A stretch of DNA of 59,003 nt from Candidatus Bipolaricaulota bacterium (GCA_026390345.1 JAPLGD010000046.1:1-59003), one strand, 5' to 3'. Shown: positions 27,829 through 37,607, counted from the stretch's first letter. A program made the numbers and translations. The notes: generated by a model not told the origin, from the sequence alone.

Positions 27829-28667
27829 CCGTCGACCTGCTGGCATACGCCAAACTCAACGTGTCTCTGCGCGTCCGTGGACAACGCCCCGACGGGTACC
27901 ACGAGATCGACTCGATCGTGCAGACCATCGACCTCGCGGATCATCTTCGCATTCACGTGACCGAAGGGGACGATCTACACGTCACGAACGATCTCCCAGG
28001 GCTCCAGGGGCCCGACCTCACCGAGCGAGCCGCGGCCGCCGTCCTCACCGCGAAGGGCACCCGCCGCGACGTCGCGATCGAGGTCAGGAAGGGCATCCCC
28101 GCCGGCGCCGGACTCGGTGGCGGATCCTCGGACGCCGCCGCGGTGCTCCGGTTTCTCGATCTCGCAGTCCCGCCCGCGCTGCCCAGCCATCGGCTTCACG
28201 ATGTCGCGGCCCAGGTTGGATCCGATGTTCCGCTGTTCCTGGTCGGAGGCTGCGTCCGCATCCAGGGTCGCGGCGAACGATTGGAGTCGTGCCCGGAGTT
28301 GCGGACGGAGACGTTCGCCGTCCTCGTCCCTCCTATCCATTCTTCAACGCCGGTCGTCTACGCCGCCTGGGACGCGCACCGCGCGCCCGCGGACGCTCCC
28401 TGCCTTCTCGGACAGAACGACCTCCTCGCTGCGGCGCTCGCGACGCACCCCGCCCTCCTCCCGTATGATCAGGCGGTTCGCAGCCTCGGGGGCCGCTACG
28501 CGGGGATGAGCGGAAGCGGAGCCGCATTCTACGCGGCGTTCGCCGATTCCTCGGAGGCCCGTCGAGCCACCGAGGATCTCGCGCGAGCGTTTCCGGAGGC
28601 GAGAGTGTTCCTTTGCAGGCCGACGTCCTATGCGAGCCGCCGGGTCGATGAGGGGAGGACGATGTGA
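27825..28667 (+). CDS. ispE: 4-diphosphocytidyl-2-C-methyl-D-erythritol kinase
   Basis: AKLNVSL, DGYHEI, KGIPAGAGLGGGSSDAA, GSDVP, MSGSG. Confidence 0.94.
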   Translation: MTVDLLAYAKLNVSLRVRGQRPDGYHEIDSIVQTIDLADHLRIHVTEGDDLHVTNDLPGLQGPDLTERAAAAVLTAKGTRRDVAIEVRKGIPAGAGLGGGSSDAAAVLRFLDLAVPPALPSHRLHDVAAQVGSDVPLFLVGGCVRIQGRGERLESCPELRTETFAVLVPPIHSSTPVVYAAWDAHRAPADAPCLLGQNDLLAAALATHPALLPYDQAVRSLGGRYAGMSGSGAAFYAAFADSSEARRATEDLARAFPEARVFLCRPTSYASRRVDEGRTM

Positions 28668-29278
28668 AGATCGCCATCGATGGCCCCGCCGCGTCGGGCA
28701 AGACGTCGCTCGGGCGCGCGCTCGCCGAGCGATTCGGGTGCCGGTTCATCGAGACCGGAAAGATGTACCGAGCCGTCGCCCTCGGCCTGGCGCGCGGCCT
28801 GTCCCTCGATCGAATCGTCATCGACGTCGCGGAGCCCGAGCGCTTCCTCCTGAACGGGGAAGACGTCACCGACCTCCTCCACACCCCCGAGCTGGATCAG
28901 GCATCTTCGGAAGCGGGGACACGCCCCGAGGTCCGCGCGCGTCTGGTCGCTCTCCAGCAGCGAATCGCCGCCGACATCGACGTCGTGATGGAGGGGCGCG
29001 ACATCGGGACGGTTGTTCTGCCCGACGCCGACGTTAAGATCTTCCTCCGGGCAAGCCCCGACGTTCGCGCCCGGCGCCGCGTCGATCAGCGCCCCGGCGC
29101 GGAGGTCGGTCGGACCCTTCGCGAGCTCCTCGTCCGCGACCGTAGGGATTCGACGCGCGCAATCGCACCCTTGAACCCCGCTTCTGATGCGACTATAATC
29201 GACACCGATCGAAAGACCCTCGCAGAGGTCATTTCCGAGGCAGTAGACCTGGTCAAGGAGCGGCTACTAGAACATTGA
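28664..29278 (+). CDS. cmk: Cytidylate kinase
   Basis: IAIDGPAASGK, MYRA, MEGRDIGTVVLPDA, RDRRDSTRAIAPL. Confidence 0.94.
   Translation: MKIAIDGPAASGKTSLGRALAERFGCRFIETGKMYRAVALGLARGLSLDRIVIDVAEPERFLLNGEDVTDLLHTPELDQASSEAGTRPEVRARLVALQQRIAADIDVVMEGRDIGTVVLPDADVKIFLRASPDVRARRRVDQRPGAEVGRTLRELLVRDRRDSTRAIAPLNPASDATIIDTDRKTLAEVISEAVDLVKERLLEH
29171..29199 (+). promoter_or_regulatory. Candidate internal promoter within cmk, serving the acyltransferase/rpsA/HU genes
   Basis: TTGAAC-17 nt-TATAAT. Confidence 0.55.
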
Positions 29279-29910
29279 CACGGCGCCTACGTATCGTCGT
29301 CAAGAACGCCTTGTATGCGGGCACCGTGTGTCTCCTGCACCTCGTTCTCGGATTTCTCTTCCGACTTCGGGTCAAAGGGAGGGCGAACGTCAAGCGAGAT
29401 GACGGATACATCGCTGTCGCCCGGCATCGGAGCTACTGGGACATCCCGTTGCTCGTCGCCGCGATGGGGGTCCGCAATCGGATCCACTTCATCTCCCGCA
29501 AAGGACTGATGAAATCGAACCCTCTCATTCAACCGTTGATCCGCGCCTTCTCGACGATCATTGATCGCGAGAACTTCGGGAAGTCCGACTTCCGTCGGAT
29601 GCTCGAGGCGGTCAAGACCGAGCGGCTTGTGGCCATCTTCCCGGAGGGCACGACCCGCAAGCACGTCGACGCCAAAGCTGGTGCCGTCTACTTCGCGGCG
29701 CTCGCCGGGAAAGCGATCGTTCCGGTCAACATCCGCTCTCAGGGACCGTACCCGCCGAAGTATCCGTTCCGCTTCCCGCGGATCACGGTCTCGATCGGCG
29801 AGCCGGTGACCGTCGAGGCCCTCGAACGGGACGTGCGCGAAGATGGATGCAGATCCGAGAAGCTTCGCGCGATGAGCGATCGGCTCATGGAATGCGTGGA
29901 TCGGGCATGA
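29275..29910 (+). CDS. Lysophospholipid acyltransferase (PlsC family)
   Basis: HRSYWD (HxxxxD) and IFPEGT motifs; TTGA overlap with cmk. Confidence 0.9.
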   Translation: MTRRLRIVVKNALYAGTVCLLHLVLGFLFRLRVKGRANVKRDDGYIAVARHRSYWDIPLLVAAMGVRNRIHFISRKGLMKSNPLIQPLIRAFSTIIDRENFGKSDFRRMLEAVKTERLVAIFPEGTTRKHVDAKAGAVYFAALAGKAIVPVNIRSQGPYPPKYPFRFPRITVSIGEPVTVEALERDVREDGCRSEKLRAMSDRLMECVDRA

Positions 29911-29992
29911 TGCGTGTAAGATGCACTTCGAAGAAGCGGGCCGGGCGCCCCAGCGCGCGCCGGGAGGCGAAGTCCGGATCTGGCAGTGGAGC

Positions 29993-31795
29993 ATGGAACA
30001 GAAGATAAAGATGGAGGACGCTTTCTCTGAAAGCGACGTCAAAACGTACAGTCGCGGAGACACAATCTCCGGGACTGTCGTCCAGGTGAGCGACAGCGAG
30101 ATCCTCGTCGACATCGGATACAAGTCCGAAGGGATTCTTCCGGTGTCGGAGCTGTCCCCATTCCGCCCCGGCGGCAAGATCGAGCAGGGCGAGCACATCG
30201 AGGTGCTCGTGACCTACATCGATGAGGAGAAGGGGACGGTCTACGCGTCCGAGAAGCAGGCCGAGTACGAGAAGCGTATCGACGGCCTCGAGGCCGCGTA
30301 CCACGAAAGCACCGTTGTCGAAGGCGAAATCACAAGCGAAGTCAAGGGCGCAGGGTACCACGTCAATCTTGACGGAATCCGCGCCTTCCTACCCGGTTCG
30401 CACCTCGGCGGCGACCTGCCGAGCAGCATCGACGAACTGCGCGGCAAGAGGATCCAGTTCAAGATCCTCGAGCTGTCGCGGCGCGACAAGAACCTGGTGG
30501 TTTCCCACAAGGAGTTCATCAAGGAGCGCGAGCGATTGCGACGCAAGGCGCTCTTTGACTCGCTGACGCCCGACCAGGAGCTCGACGGCGTCGTCCGCAG
30601 CATCGTGGACTTCGGGCTCTTCGTCGACATCGGCGGCTTCGAGGGGCTCGTCCACCGATCCGAGATCGCGTGGAAGGATCTCCCGGTTCCGCCTGCCGAG
30701 TTCAAGATCGGCAGTCCGGTCAAGGTCAAGGTCATCGACTTCGACCGCGAGAAGGGGAAGGTGTCCCTCTCGATCAAGCGACTCCGCCCGAACCCGTGGG
30801 AGGGCATCTCCAAGCGCTACTCGGCCGGCACTCAGGTCGACGGGAAGGTCGTCAGCGTCACCGACTTCGGCGCGTTCGTTGAACTCGAACAGGATGTTGA
30901 AGGACTGGTCCACGTTTCCGAGCTCTCGTGGGGACATCCGGAGAACCCTAAGGATGTCGTCAGCGAAGGGGACGTCGTTCCGGTCGTCGTCCTGAGTTGC
31001 GACGAAGACGCGCACCGAATCAGCTTGTCGCTCCGCCGGACCCAGCGCGATCCGTGGGAGGACGCGGAGAGCAAGTACCCGCGGGGGCAAGTGGTCACAG
31101 GCGTCGTCACGAAGATCACCGACTTCGGCGCGTTCATCAAACTCGAAGAAGGGATCGAGGGACTCGTCCACGTGTCGGAGATCGACTGGGGCCATGTCAA
31201 TCACCCGCGAGACCTGCTCAAAGAGGGCGACTCGGTGGACGTCAAGGTGCTCGGCGTCGATCCACGGGAGCGCCGCATCTCGCTCAGCATCCGCGAGCTC
31301 AAGGACAACCCGTGGCGTCGCTTCGTTGATCAGTACGCGATTGACCAGATCGTCGAGGGCGAGATTACCGAGATCAAGGACTTCGGCGCGTTCATGAAGA
31401 TCACCGACGACGTCGATGGACTCATCCACGTCTCGGAGATCTCCAACGAGCGAATCGCGACACCCGCGGACGTTCTGGCCGTAGGCTCGAAGGTCCAGGC
31501 GAAGATCATCGGGATCAACGAGGAGAAGCACCAGGTTCGCTTGAGCATGCGGAACCTGTTCGGTCCCCCCGAGGTTCCGACGGCGGCCGCCGACGAGGGC
31601 GACCGCGATCGAGCAGGCAAGGGACGCCGCCGTCGTGGCGCGGCTCCCGGAGCTCCCACGGCCGGCAAAGAGCGAGGTCCGAAGGCGCGGGACCGCGGCG
31701 AGCGCGTCGACCGACGCTTCCTCGACGAAAGCGGGCACGAATCGCTCAGCATGCGCGATCTGCTCGGCAAAGCGGGCATGGACGACGAATCCTAA
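29993..31795 (+). CDS. rpsA: 30S ribosomal protein S1
   Basis: Six S1 repeats (VDIGYKSEG; repeated DFGAF...EGLVHVSE); charged C-terminal tail; start could instead be 30011. Confidence 0.96.
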   Translation: MEQKIKMEDAFSESDVKTYSRGDTISGTVVQVSDSEILVDIGYKSEGILPVSELSPFRPGGKIEQGEHIEVLVTYIDEEKGTVYASEKQAEYEKRIDGLEAAYHESTVVEGEITSEVKGAGYHVNLDGIRAFLPGSHLGGDLPSSIDELRGKRIQFKILELSRRDKNLVVSHKEFIKERERLRRKALFDSLTPDQELDGVVRSIVDFGLFVDIGGFEGLVHRSEIAWKDLPVPPAEFKIGSPVKVKVIDFDREKGKVSLSIKRLRPNPWEGISKRYSAGTQVDGKVVSVTDFGAFVELEQDVEGLVHVSELSWGHPENPKDVVSEGDVVPVVVLSCDEDAHRISLSLRRTQRDPWEDAESKYPRGQVVTGVVTKITDFGAFIKLEEGIEGLVHVSEIDWGHVNHPRDLLKEGDSVDVKVLGVDPRERRISLSIRELKDNPWRRFVDQYAIDQIVEGEITEIKDFGAFMKITDDVDGLIHVSEISNERIATPADVLAVGSKVQAKIIGINEEKHQVRLSMRNLFGPPEVPTAAADEGDRDRAGKGRRRRGAAPGAPTAGKERGPKARDRGERVDRRFLDESGHESLSMRDLLGKAGMDDES

Positions 31796-31834
31796 TCCAA
31801 GGTACCTGTGCAGAGTAAGCAAGGAGGATTGTAG

Positions 31835-32146
31835 ATGAACAAGGGCGAATTCATCGATCGGCTGGCCGACAAGTCGAACCTGACGAAGAAAGAGGCCAGG
31901 AAGCTCCTCGACGGAGTCCTCGATCTGATCCAGAGCACCCTCCTCGAGGGCGAGGAGGTCAAGCTCGTCGGGTTCGGGAAGTTCGCTGTCCGCGCTCGCA
32001 AGGCGAGCAGTCGCATCAATCCGCAAACCAAGCGCCCGATCCAGGTCGAGGCGAAGGTTGTTCCCCTGTTCAAGCCGGGGAAGGAACTGAAGCGGCGGAT
32101 CGAGAAGGCCCTCAAGGTCGCGCCGAAGGGTGTCGCGCGGAAGTAG
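31835..32146 (+). CDS. hup: DNA-binding protein HU
   Basis: MNKGEFI, LVGFGKF, INPQT, FKPGKELK; AAGGAGG SD. Confidence 0.95.
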   Translation: MNKGEFIDRLADKSNLTKKEARKLLDGVLDLIQSTLLEGEEVKLVGFGKFAVRARKASSRINPQTKRPIQVEAKVVPLFKPGKELKRRIEKALKVAPKGVARK

Positions 32147-32188
32147 CGCGGCTCCTTCGACCTTCATCATAGCGAGATCAACCAACAG

Positions 32189-32220
32189 ACGGCCGGCGCT
32201 CGTCGCCGGCCGTGTTCTTT
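32189..32220 (+). terminator. Intrinsic terminator after HU (convergent with gmk)
   Basis: ACGGCCGGCG-CTCGT-CGCCGGCCGT perfect 10-bp stem followed by GTTCTTT. Confidence 0.75.
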
Positions 32221-32238
32221 CCTCAACCCTGATGCAAC

Positions 32239-32862
32239 CTAGGCGTGTCCGACGACGCGGAGTCGTTCGGCCATGACAATCGCCCGCAGCTCGTCCACGG
32301 CCGTGGCCAGATCCCCGTTCAGGACCAAGTAGTCGAAGATCTCCAGGCTCTTCATCTCCCGCGCCGCCGCGCGCAACCGCTCCGCAATCTCGCCTTCCGA
32401 TTCCGACCCGCGCGCACGCAGCCGGTCGCCCAATTGACTGAGCGATGGCGGCGCGAAGAACACGAAGGAGAGGGTCACGCCCGGAACGCCAACCCGTCGG
32501 AGCGTGCAGGCTCCCTGCACGTCGACGTTCAGGACCACGTCCGCACCCCGCGCCGTCAGACGCTTCATCTCCGCCTTCGAGGTGCCGTACCGGTCTCCGA
32601 GGTACACAGCGTGTTCCACGAACGCCCCCGTCGCGACCATCTCCGCGAACTCCGTGTCGGACACAAAGTAGTAGTCGACGCCGTTTCGTTCTCCCGGCCG
32701 CGGGGCGCGCGTCGTATGGGACACGGAGTAGACGAGACCCGGCACCCTGGCAATCAACGCGCTGATCGCCGTGTTCTTGCCGGCACCCGACGGACCCGAC
32801 ACGACGAACGCAAGACCGCTGCCCGTTCCCCGCCGGAGAGCCGAAAGCTCGTCATTCGACAT
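32239..32862 (-). CDS. gmk: Guanylate kinase
   Basis: SGPSGAGK, SVSHTTRAPRPGE, DYYFV, YGTS, DVQG. Confidence 0.95.
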   Translation of the reverse strand: MSNDELSALRRGTGSGLAFVVSGPSGAGKNTAISALIARVPGLVYSVSHTTRAPRPGERNGVDYYFVSDTEFAEMVATGAFVEHAVYLGDRYGTSKAEMKRLTARGADVVLNVDVQGACTLRRVGVPGVTLSFVFFAPPSLSQLGDRLRARGSESEGEIAERLRAAAREMKSLEIFDYLVLNGDLATAVDELRAIVMAERLRVVGHA

Positions 32863-33712
32863 TCTGAACCTGCTCCCGTATCTGTTCGACGCACATCTTC
32901 ATGTCCAAGACCGTGGCGATGATCTCGCTATCGCGCGCCTTCGAACCCAGGGTATTGATCTCGCGAAGGAACTCCTGACCAAGGAAGTCGAGCTCTTTGC
33001 CCACCGGCGATGTCCTGCGGAAGAGCTCCCGAGCCCGCGCGATGTGCCCCTTCAGCCGGACGAGCTCCTCCTGGATGTCGAAGCGGTCCGCGTAGAGCAC
33101 GACCTCCGCCTCCAGACGCTCCGGGTCGATCGTGACGTCTAGACCTTCGATCCGCTCGCGAAGCTTGCCCCGCAATCCGACAAGCACCGACGGAAGGCAC
33201 GCCTCAATCACCGCCGTGCCCGCCTCCAGGGCGTCGATGAGTCGCGTCAGCTCAACCCGCAACACCGAGCCTTCCCGCTCACGGGCCGAGACGAGGGCAG
33301 CGAGCGCCTCGTCGAGCGCGTGCTCCGCGGCGGGCCAAAGGGTCTCGTCGCTCTCCTCGCGGATCTGGAAACCGCCGGCACGGATGAGATCCGCGAGCGT
33401 AGGCGACGTTTCAAGTTCAAGGTCGCCGGAGAGCTCGCGCAGCGCCGCGTGGACGCGTCGAGCGAGCACACGATCGACAGCGGGAACCTCCCCAAGTTCC
33501 TCGTTCTCCGCGACGGCCAGCCATACTCCGACGTCGCCGCGAGCCAACGCCCCTCGGACCTTCTCTTCGATCTGGGCGTGAAGCCACGGGCGCTCCCCGA
33601 CCGACCGAATCCGTACGCTGAGGAACCGATGATTCACCGACCGAATCGTCGCCTCGACCCTCCACCCATCGAGCGACGCCGCGCCGGCCCCGAATCCGGT
33701 CATGCTTCGCAT
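32852..33712 (-). CDS. yicC: YicC/YloC family endoribonuclease
   Basis: MRSMTGFG, RSVNHRF, DIQEELVRL, GKELDFLGQEFLREINT, IREQVQNVE. Confidence 0.93.
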   Translation of the reverse strand: MRSMTGFGAGAASLDGWRVEATIRSVNHRFLSVRIRSVGERPWLHAQIEEKVRGALARGDVGVWLAVAENEELGEVPAVDRVLARRVHAALRELSGDLELETSPTLADLIRAGGFQIREESDETLWPAAEHALDEALAALVSAREREGSVLRVELTRLIDALEAGTAVIEACLPSVLVGLRGKLRERIEGLDVTIDPERLEAEVVLYADRFDIQEELVRLKGHIARARELFRRTSPVGKELDFLGQEFLREINTLGSKARDSEIIATVLDMKMCVEQIREQVQNVE

Positions 33713-34548
33713 TGGCTCAATCCTCCCTGCGCTAGGGTAACCCCCGCGTATCCCACAACCGCCGCCCGATCCCCGGTCGAGTCGCCCGACGTTTCGTAGG
33801 CGACAAGCGCCGACTCTCTCCAACCCTTCCGACTCGCGAGTGCAAGCAGGGTCGTGATCGCACCCACGCCGCAGATCGAGAAGCCGTTCTCCGCGCAGAC
33901 TCGGTAGAACCGAGCCGCGTCGACAGCGAGGATCGGATCGAGCGCCACCCGGTCCCGCTCCCTAGCGACCGAATCCGCCTCGTAGTGGGTGAAGTCGCTC
34001 GACGCGACAACCCACGTCACGCGCCCTCGCGTTGCCTCGAGCAGCGTCGCACCCGCCGCAGCAAGCTCCTCGAGCGGCCCCGGCTGTACGCAAATCGGGA
34101 CGATCGGGACCGGGTCGTCCCACAACACCTGCAGGAACGGAAGCTGCACCTCAACCGAGTGCTCGCGGTGGAACGCCGGCTCGTAGATGCGCATTCCCGC
34201 GGCCGCGAGCGCACCGATCGCCTCCCGATCGAGCTGCACATCGCCGAGCGGCGTCCGCCAGGCTGCCGCGTCGGACAGCGAGAACGTCGGTCCGAGGCCC
34301 GTATGGCTCGCGCCGAGCAGGATCACGACCTCCGGGCGTCCGCACCCGGACGCCCGCCGGAACGTCGCCCCGGACACGCGACCCGAGTACAGGTACCCCG
34401 CGTGTGGCACGACGAGTCCCATCGAACCATGGGCCGCCTGAACGGCCGGTCCCTCGCCCAGGAGCCGACTCACGGTCGACCGCAGGACGTCCGGATCCCC
34501 CGGGTAGAACGTCCCGGCAACGACGGGCATTCGCACGTGGCCTTGCAT
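33700..34548 (-). CDS. amrB: AmmeMemoRadiSam system protein B (Memo family)
   Basis: PVVAGTFYP, PHAGYLYSG, EHSVEVQLPFL, SSDFTHY, SICG, VVGYA; probably leaderless (TACAAT 7 nt before the ATG). Confidence 0.92.
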   Translation of the reverse strand: MQGHVRMPVVAGTFYPGDPDVLRSTVSRLLGEGPAVQAAHGSMGLVVPHAGYLYSGRVSGATFRRASGCGRPEVVILLGASHTGLGPTFSLSDAAAWRTPLGDVQLDREAIGALAAAGMRIYEPAFHREHSVEVQLPFLQVLWDDPVPIVPICVQPGPLEELAAAGATLLEATRGRVTWVVASSDFTHYEADSVARERDRVALDPILAVDAARFYRVCAENGFSICGVGAITTLLALASRKGWRESALVAYETSGDSTGDRAAVVGYAGVTLAQGGLSQCEA

Positions 34549-34591
34549 TCTCGCCATTGTACCGAGAAGCCCCGGCCTGGGCCACGGGATC

Positions 34592-34620
34592 TTGACGCCC
34601 CATCCCGACTCCCGTACTAT
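34592..34620 (+). promoter_or_regulatory. Promoter of tRNA-Gln
   Basis: TTGACG-17 nt-TACTAT, ending 11 nt before the tRNA. Confidence 0.75.
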
Positions 34621-34631
34621 CTCGCCATCTT

Positions 34632-34705
34632 TGGGAGATCGTTTAATGGCAGGACGACAGGCTCTGGCCCTGTTAGTGGAGGTTCGAATCCCCCTCTCCC
34701 AACCA
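34632..34705 (+). tRNA. tRNA-Gln(CTG)
   Basis: Acceptor TGGGAGA/TCTCCCA, anticodon arm ACAGG-CTCTGGC-CCTGT, T-loop TTCGAAT, discriminator A plus encoded CCA; one A-C mismatch in the T-stem. Confidence 0.96.
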
Positions 34706-35001
34706 CCAGGCTGTAACGCTATTCCTGTCTTCGTTGCAGCGCCCATATCTCTGCTTGCCATATCCTAGCGCCTCGAAGCGAAGGACCTTCAAGAAGCCTT
34801 CCGACCTACTTCCGCGTCTTCTGCTATCCTCCCTTGGAATGCGATGACAGGTTGCCGTGGTGTCCGAATGGAAGCTGAAACGACAGTGCGGTCGGAGATT
34901 CCGGGCTTGGTGCGTCGGCAGGACAGGTACCGCGCCCGGCCTTCCACGGTGGACGTAAGCTGGACAGCTCTGAGACGTGCCGACCAAGTAGGTGGACGAG
35001 G

Positions 35002-35415
35002 ATGACAGAGCGGTGCGCGATCTGCGGGTGTCAGCTACACCGGACCACGGGCACCTATGCTCGACCAACTCCTGAAGGTCACTCACACGCGTCGAGCCAT
35101 CACTACGTCGCAGAACGCTTCTTCGGCAGGTCAACGAATCGCGGAGGCCAGCGCGAGGCACTGTTCCGCGTATGCCCGTGGGAACAGGAGGGTAAGACAG
35201 CTGTGTTCTGCTACGACTGCCACGAGGAACTCCTCCATAACCCCGTGCTTCTCAAGCAGGACATCTTTGAGCTTGCCGAGCTTGTGAAGCGACGTGGACT
35301 CGCAGAAGACGAGAAGACGGAGTCACGGGACAAGGCGGCTCGGCGAGTCGAGCCGCTCCACGAAGTCATCGTCAGGGGACTTGGGGCGATACTGGCGGAG
35401 GAGCGGGGTGGCTAG
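35002..35415 (+). CDS. Hypothetical Zn-binding protein with HNH-like CxxC...HH...CxxCH pattern
   Basis: CAICG, SSHHY, FCYDCHEE; GGACGAGG before the ATG. Confidence 0.6.
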   Translation: MTERCAICGCQLHRTTGTYARPTPEGHSHASSHHYVAERFFGRSTNRGGQREALFRVCPWEQEGKTAVFCYDCHEELLHNPVLLKQDIFELAELVKRRGLAEDEKTESRDKAARRVEPLHEVIVRGLGAILAEERGG

Positions 35416-35464
35416 TTCCGTACCGTCCATCGGGGGCAGGTCAGTTCCATTGAGTTGCCCAGCT

Positions 35465-35490
35465 TCGCAGTTCAAGTCCCGCAGAGGGCA
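35465..35490 (+). repeat. 26-bp direct repeat, copy 1 (resembles a tRNA 3' end, att-like)
   Basis: TCGCAGTTCAAGTCCCGCAGAGGGCA; 25/26 identical to 54285-54310. Confidence 0.8.
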
Positions 35491-35642
35491 GTAGCGACGG
35501 AACATCCGTATTCATGAGTATTCCGAGATATCTCCTACGATCGATCTTGAACTCCAGGGCTCTGCCAGGTGACTGGATCCCGATTAGGTGAGGGTTGACT
35601 CATCCTGTCGCCCAGTTCTCGGGGATCAGGTCACGGCGGACT

Positions 35643-36092
35643 CTACTTCCCTGCTTGCCCCGACGAGAGGTCCTTGAGTTCGCCCTGGCGCTGCTTGCGC
35701 TTCCTGACGATGACGCCGAAGGCCCGGGGAATATCGGCCATCAGCGTGTCCGCCTGATCGCGAGCGTCGGAGTAGAAGCGGATCATCACGCCCTCGACGG
35801 CGATGGCCTGCTGGATAGCATCGTGCGCGCCACGGGTCGCGGAACCCGTGACCGGCAGTTCGTAGTTGGCGGTCTCAAGCTGGAAGCAATAGCTCCCTTC
35901 AATCGCGTCGGTGATGACCTCCTGGTATACGCGCTGGATGTTCCTGGCGAACCGCCGATTCTCCTCGGCGTTCGCGAGAGCGAGCGCCCGAATCTCCTCG
36001 AAGCTTGCGGCCATATCCTCGTAGAACTCGGCGGCCGCAGTCTCCATGGCCTTAGCGAAGGAGATGCCTTCAGAAGCAGTATGGATGAGCAT
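35643..36092 (-). CDS. Ferritin-like/rubrerythrin-fold protein
   Basis: AKAMETAAAEFYE and QAIAVEGVMIRFY helix pair; AAGGAGG SD. Confidence 0.65.
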   Translation of the reverse strand: MLIHTASEGISFAKAMETAAAEFYEDMAASFEEIRALALANAEENRRFARNIQRVYQEVITDAIEGSYCFQLETANYELPVTGSATRGAHDAIQQAIAVEGVMIRFYSDARDQADTLMADIPRAFGVIVRKRKQRQGELKDLSSGQAGK

Positions 36093-36110
36093 GTTGTCCT
36101 CCTTCGCTCC

Positions 36111-37601
36111 CTAGAACCACCGCTGGATGACGACCTTGCTCTCCGTGAAGAACCTGATGACGTCTCTGCCCTGCGTGTGTAGGTCCCCGAAGAACGAATC
36201 CTTCATGCCGCTGAACGGGAAGAACGCCACCGGAGCGACGATCCCGACATTGATACCGACGTTCCCGCTCTCGATCTCATACTGGAATTGCCGCGCGCTC
36301 CGTCCGTTGGACGTGAAGATCGAGTGTCCATTCCCATAGCGGCTCTGGTTCGCGACATTGATCGCTTCCTTGAGGGACCCGGCGCGCATAATGCTCATCA
36401 CCGGGCCGAAGATCTCCTCAGAGCCGATGGCCATCTCCGGGGTCACGTTCTCGAACACCGTAGGACCCAAGAAGCAGTCGGCCTTGCACGGTGTCTCGAC
36501 CTTGACCGAGCGTCCATCGAGCCGCAGCTTGGCTCCATCCTTGATGCCGCTCTCGATGTAGCGCACGACGCGCTCCTTCTTCTCCCTGTCGCGCAATGGG
36601 CCCATCTGAACAGACTCGTCGAGTCCGTACCCGACGCGGATGCTTCTCGCCGCCTCAAGGACGCGGCCGACGAAATCGCGGTAGAACTGATCATCATCGC
36701 CAACGATCACGCAGTTCGAAGCGGCAAGGCACCGCTGGCCCGCATTCCCGAAGAACGAGGTCAGCATCGCAGCAATCGTGCGCTCCACATTGCAGTCCGG
36801 CATGACGGTCATGAAGTTCTTGGCGCCACACTGAGCGATCACGCGCTTGCCGGACTCAGCACACTTCTTGTAGACGACGTCTCGTCCCGTGGGAGTTGAG
36901 CCGACGAACGTGACGCCCACGATGTCTGGATGGTCGAGCATGTTCCCGACAGTCTCCCGTCCCCCGTGCACGACGTTCCACACTCCGGGAGGGAAGTCGG
37001 CTTCCTCGACCAGTTCGGCGAGCCGGTCCTGGCTCAGAGGCACCTCGCCGGAGGGCTTGACGACGACGCAGTTGCCGGTGGCCACGGCGTAGGGGGCCGA
37101 CCACAGGGGGATCATCCAGGGGAAGTTGAATGGCCCGATGATTCCGAAGACACCAAGAGGGGTTGGGATGAGCCATTCATCGATCCCGGAGGCGATGTCC
37201 TCCGAGTAGGATCCCTGCATCAACGTGGGGATTCCGCACGCGACTTCGATGTTCTCGATGCCCCGCCGCGTCTCGCCCCGGGATTCGTCGATGGTCTTCC
37301 CATGCTCCTGGGTCTGAATCCTGCTCACCTCCTCGAAATGCTGCTCGGTGAGCTCCTTCAGGCGGAACAGCATGCGGGATCTGGCGAGCGGTGTCGTCCG
37401 GCGCCACTCGGGAAACGCCGCGTGAGCCGCTTCGACGGCGGCGTCAAACTCGCTCTCTGTGGAGAGAGGAACCGTCGCGATCGTCTTCCCTGTTGCCGGA
37501 TTCACCACGTCCCGCACGTCGCCTCTGGACGCAATCCACTTCCCTCCGATGTAGTTCTCGACCTTTTTCACTCCTTGGATGGGTTCCGGAAGAATCGCCA
37601 T
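36111..37601 (-). CDS. mmsA: CoA-acylating methylmalonate/malonate-semialdehyde dehydrogenase
   Basis: PFNFPWMIPLW, FVGST, GAKN, GNAGQRC, EEIFGPV, VGINV, FFGDLH. Confidence 0.92.
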   Translation of the reverse strand: MAILPEPIQGVKKVENYIGGKWIASRGDVRDVVNPATGKTIATVPLSTESEFDAAVEAAHAAFPEWRRTTPLARSRMLFRLKELTEQHFEEVSRIQTQEHGKTIDESRGETRRGIENIEVACGIPTLMQGSYSEDIASGIDEWLIPTPLGVFGIIGPFNFPWMIPLWSAPYAVATGNCVVVKPSGEVPLSQDRLAELVEEADFPPGVWNVVHGGRETVGNMLDHPDIVGVTFVGSTPTGRDVVYKKCAESGKRVIAQCGAKNFMTVMPDCNVERTIAAMLTSFFGNAGQRCLAASNCVIVGDDDQFYRDFVGRVLEAARSIRVGYGLDESVQMGPLRDREKKERVVRYIESGIKDGAKLRLDGRSVKVETPCKADCFLGPTVFENVTPEMAIGSEEIFGPVMSIMRAGSLKEAINVANQSRYGNGHSIFTSNGRSARQFQYEIESGNVGINVGIVAPVAFFPFSGMKDSFFGDLHTQGRDVIRFFTESKVVIQRWF

Positions 37602-37607
37602 CTCAGA

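Noticed and set aside
34673-35161. Minus-strand 162-aa ORF ending WWLGEGDSNLH
   Set aside because: The ending is the reverse-complement translation of the tRNA T-arm; the rest shows no recognisable recombinase motif.
35465-35490. GTTCAAGTCCC motifs as additional tRNA genes
   Set aside because: No D-arm, anticodon arm or 5' acceptor strand is found upstream of any copy.
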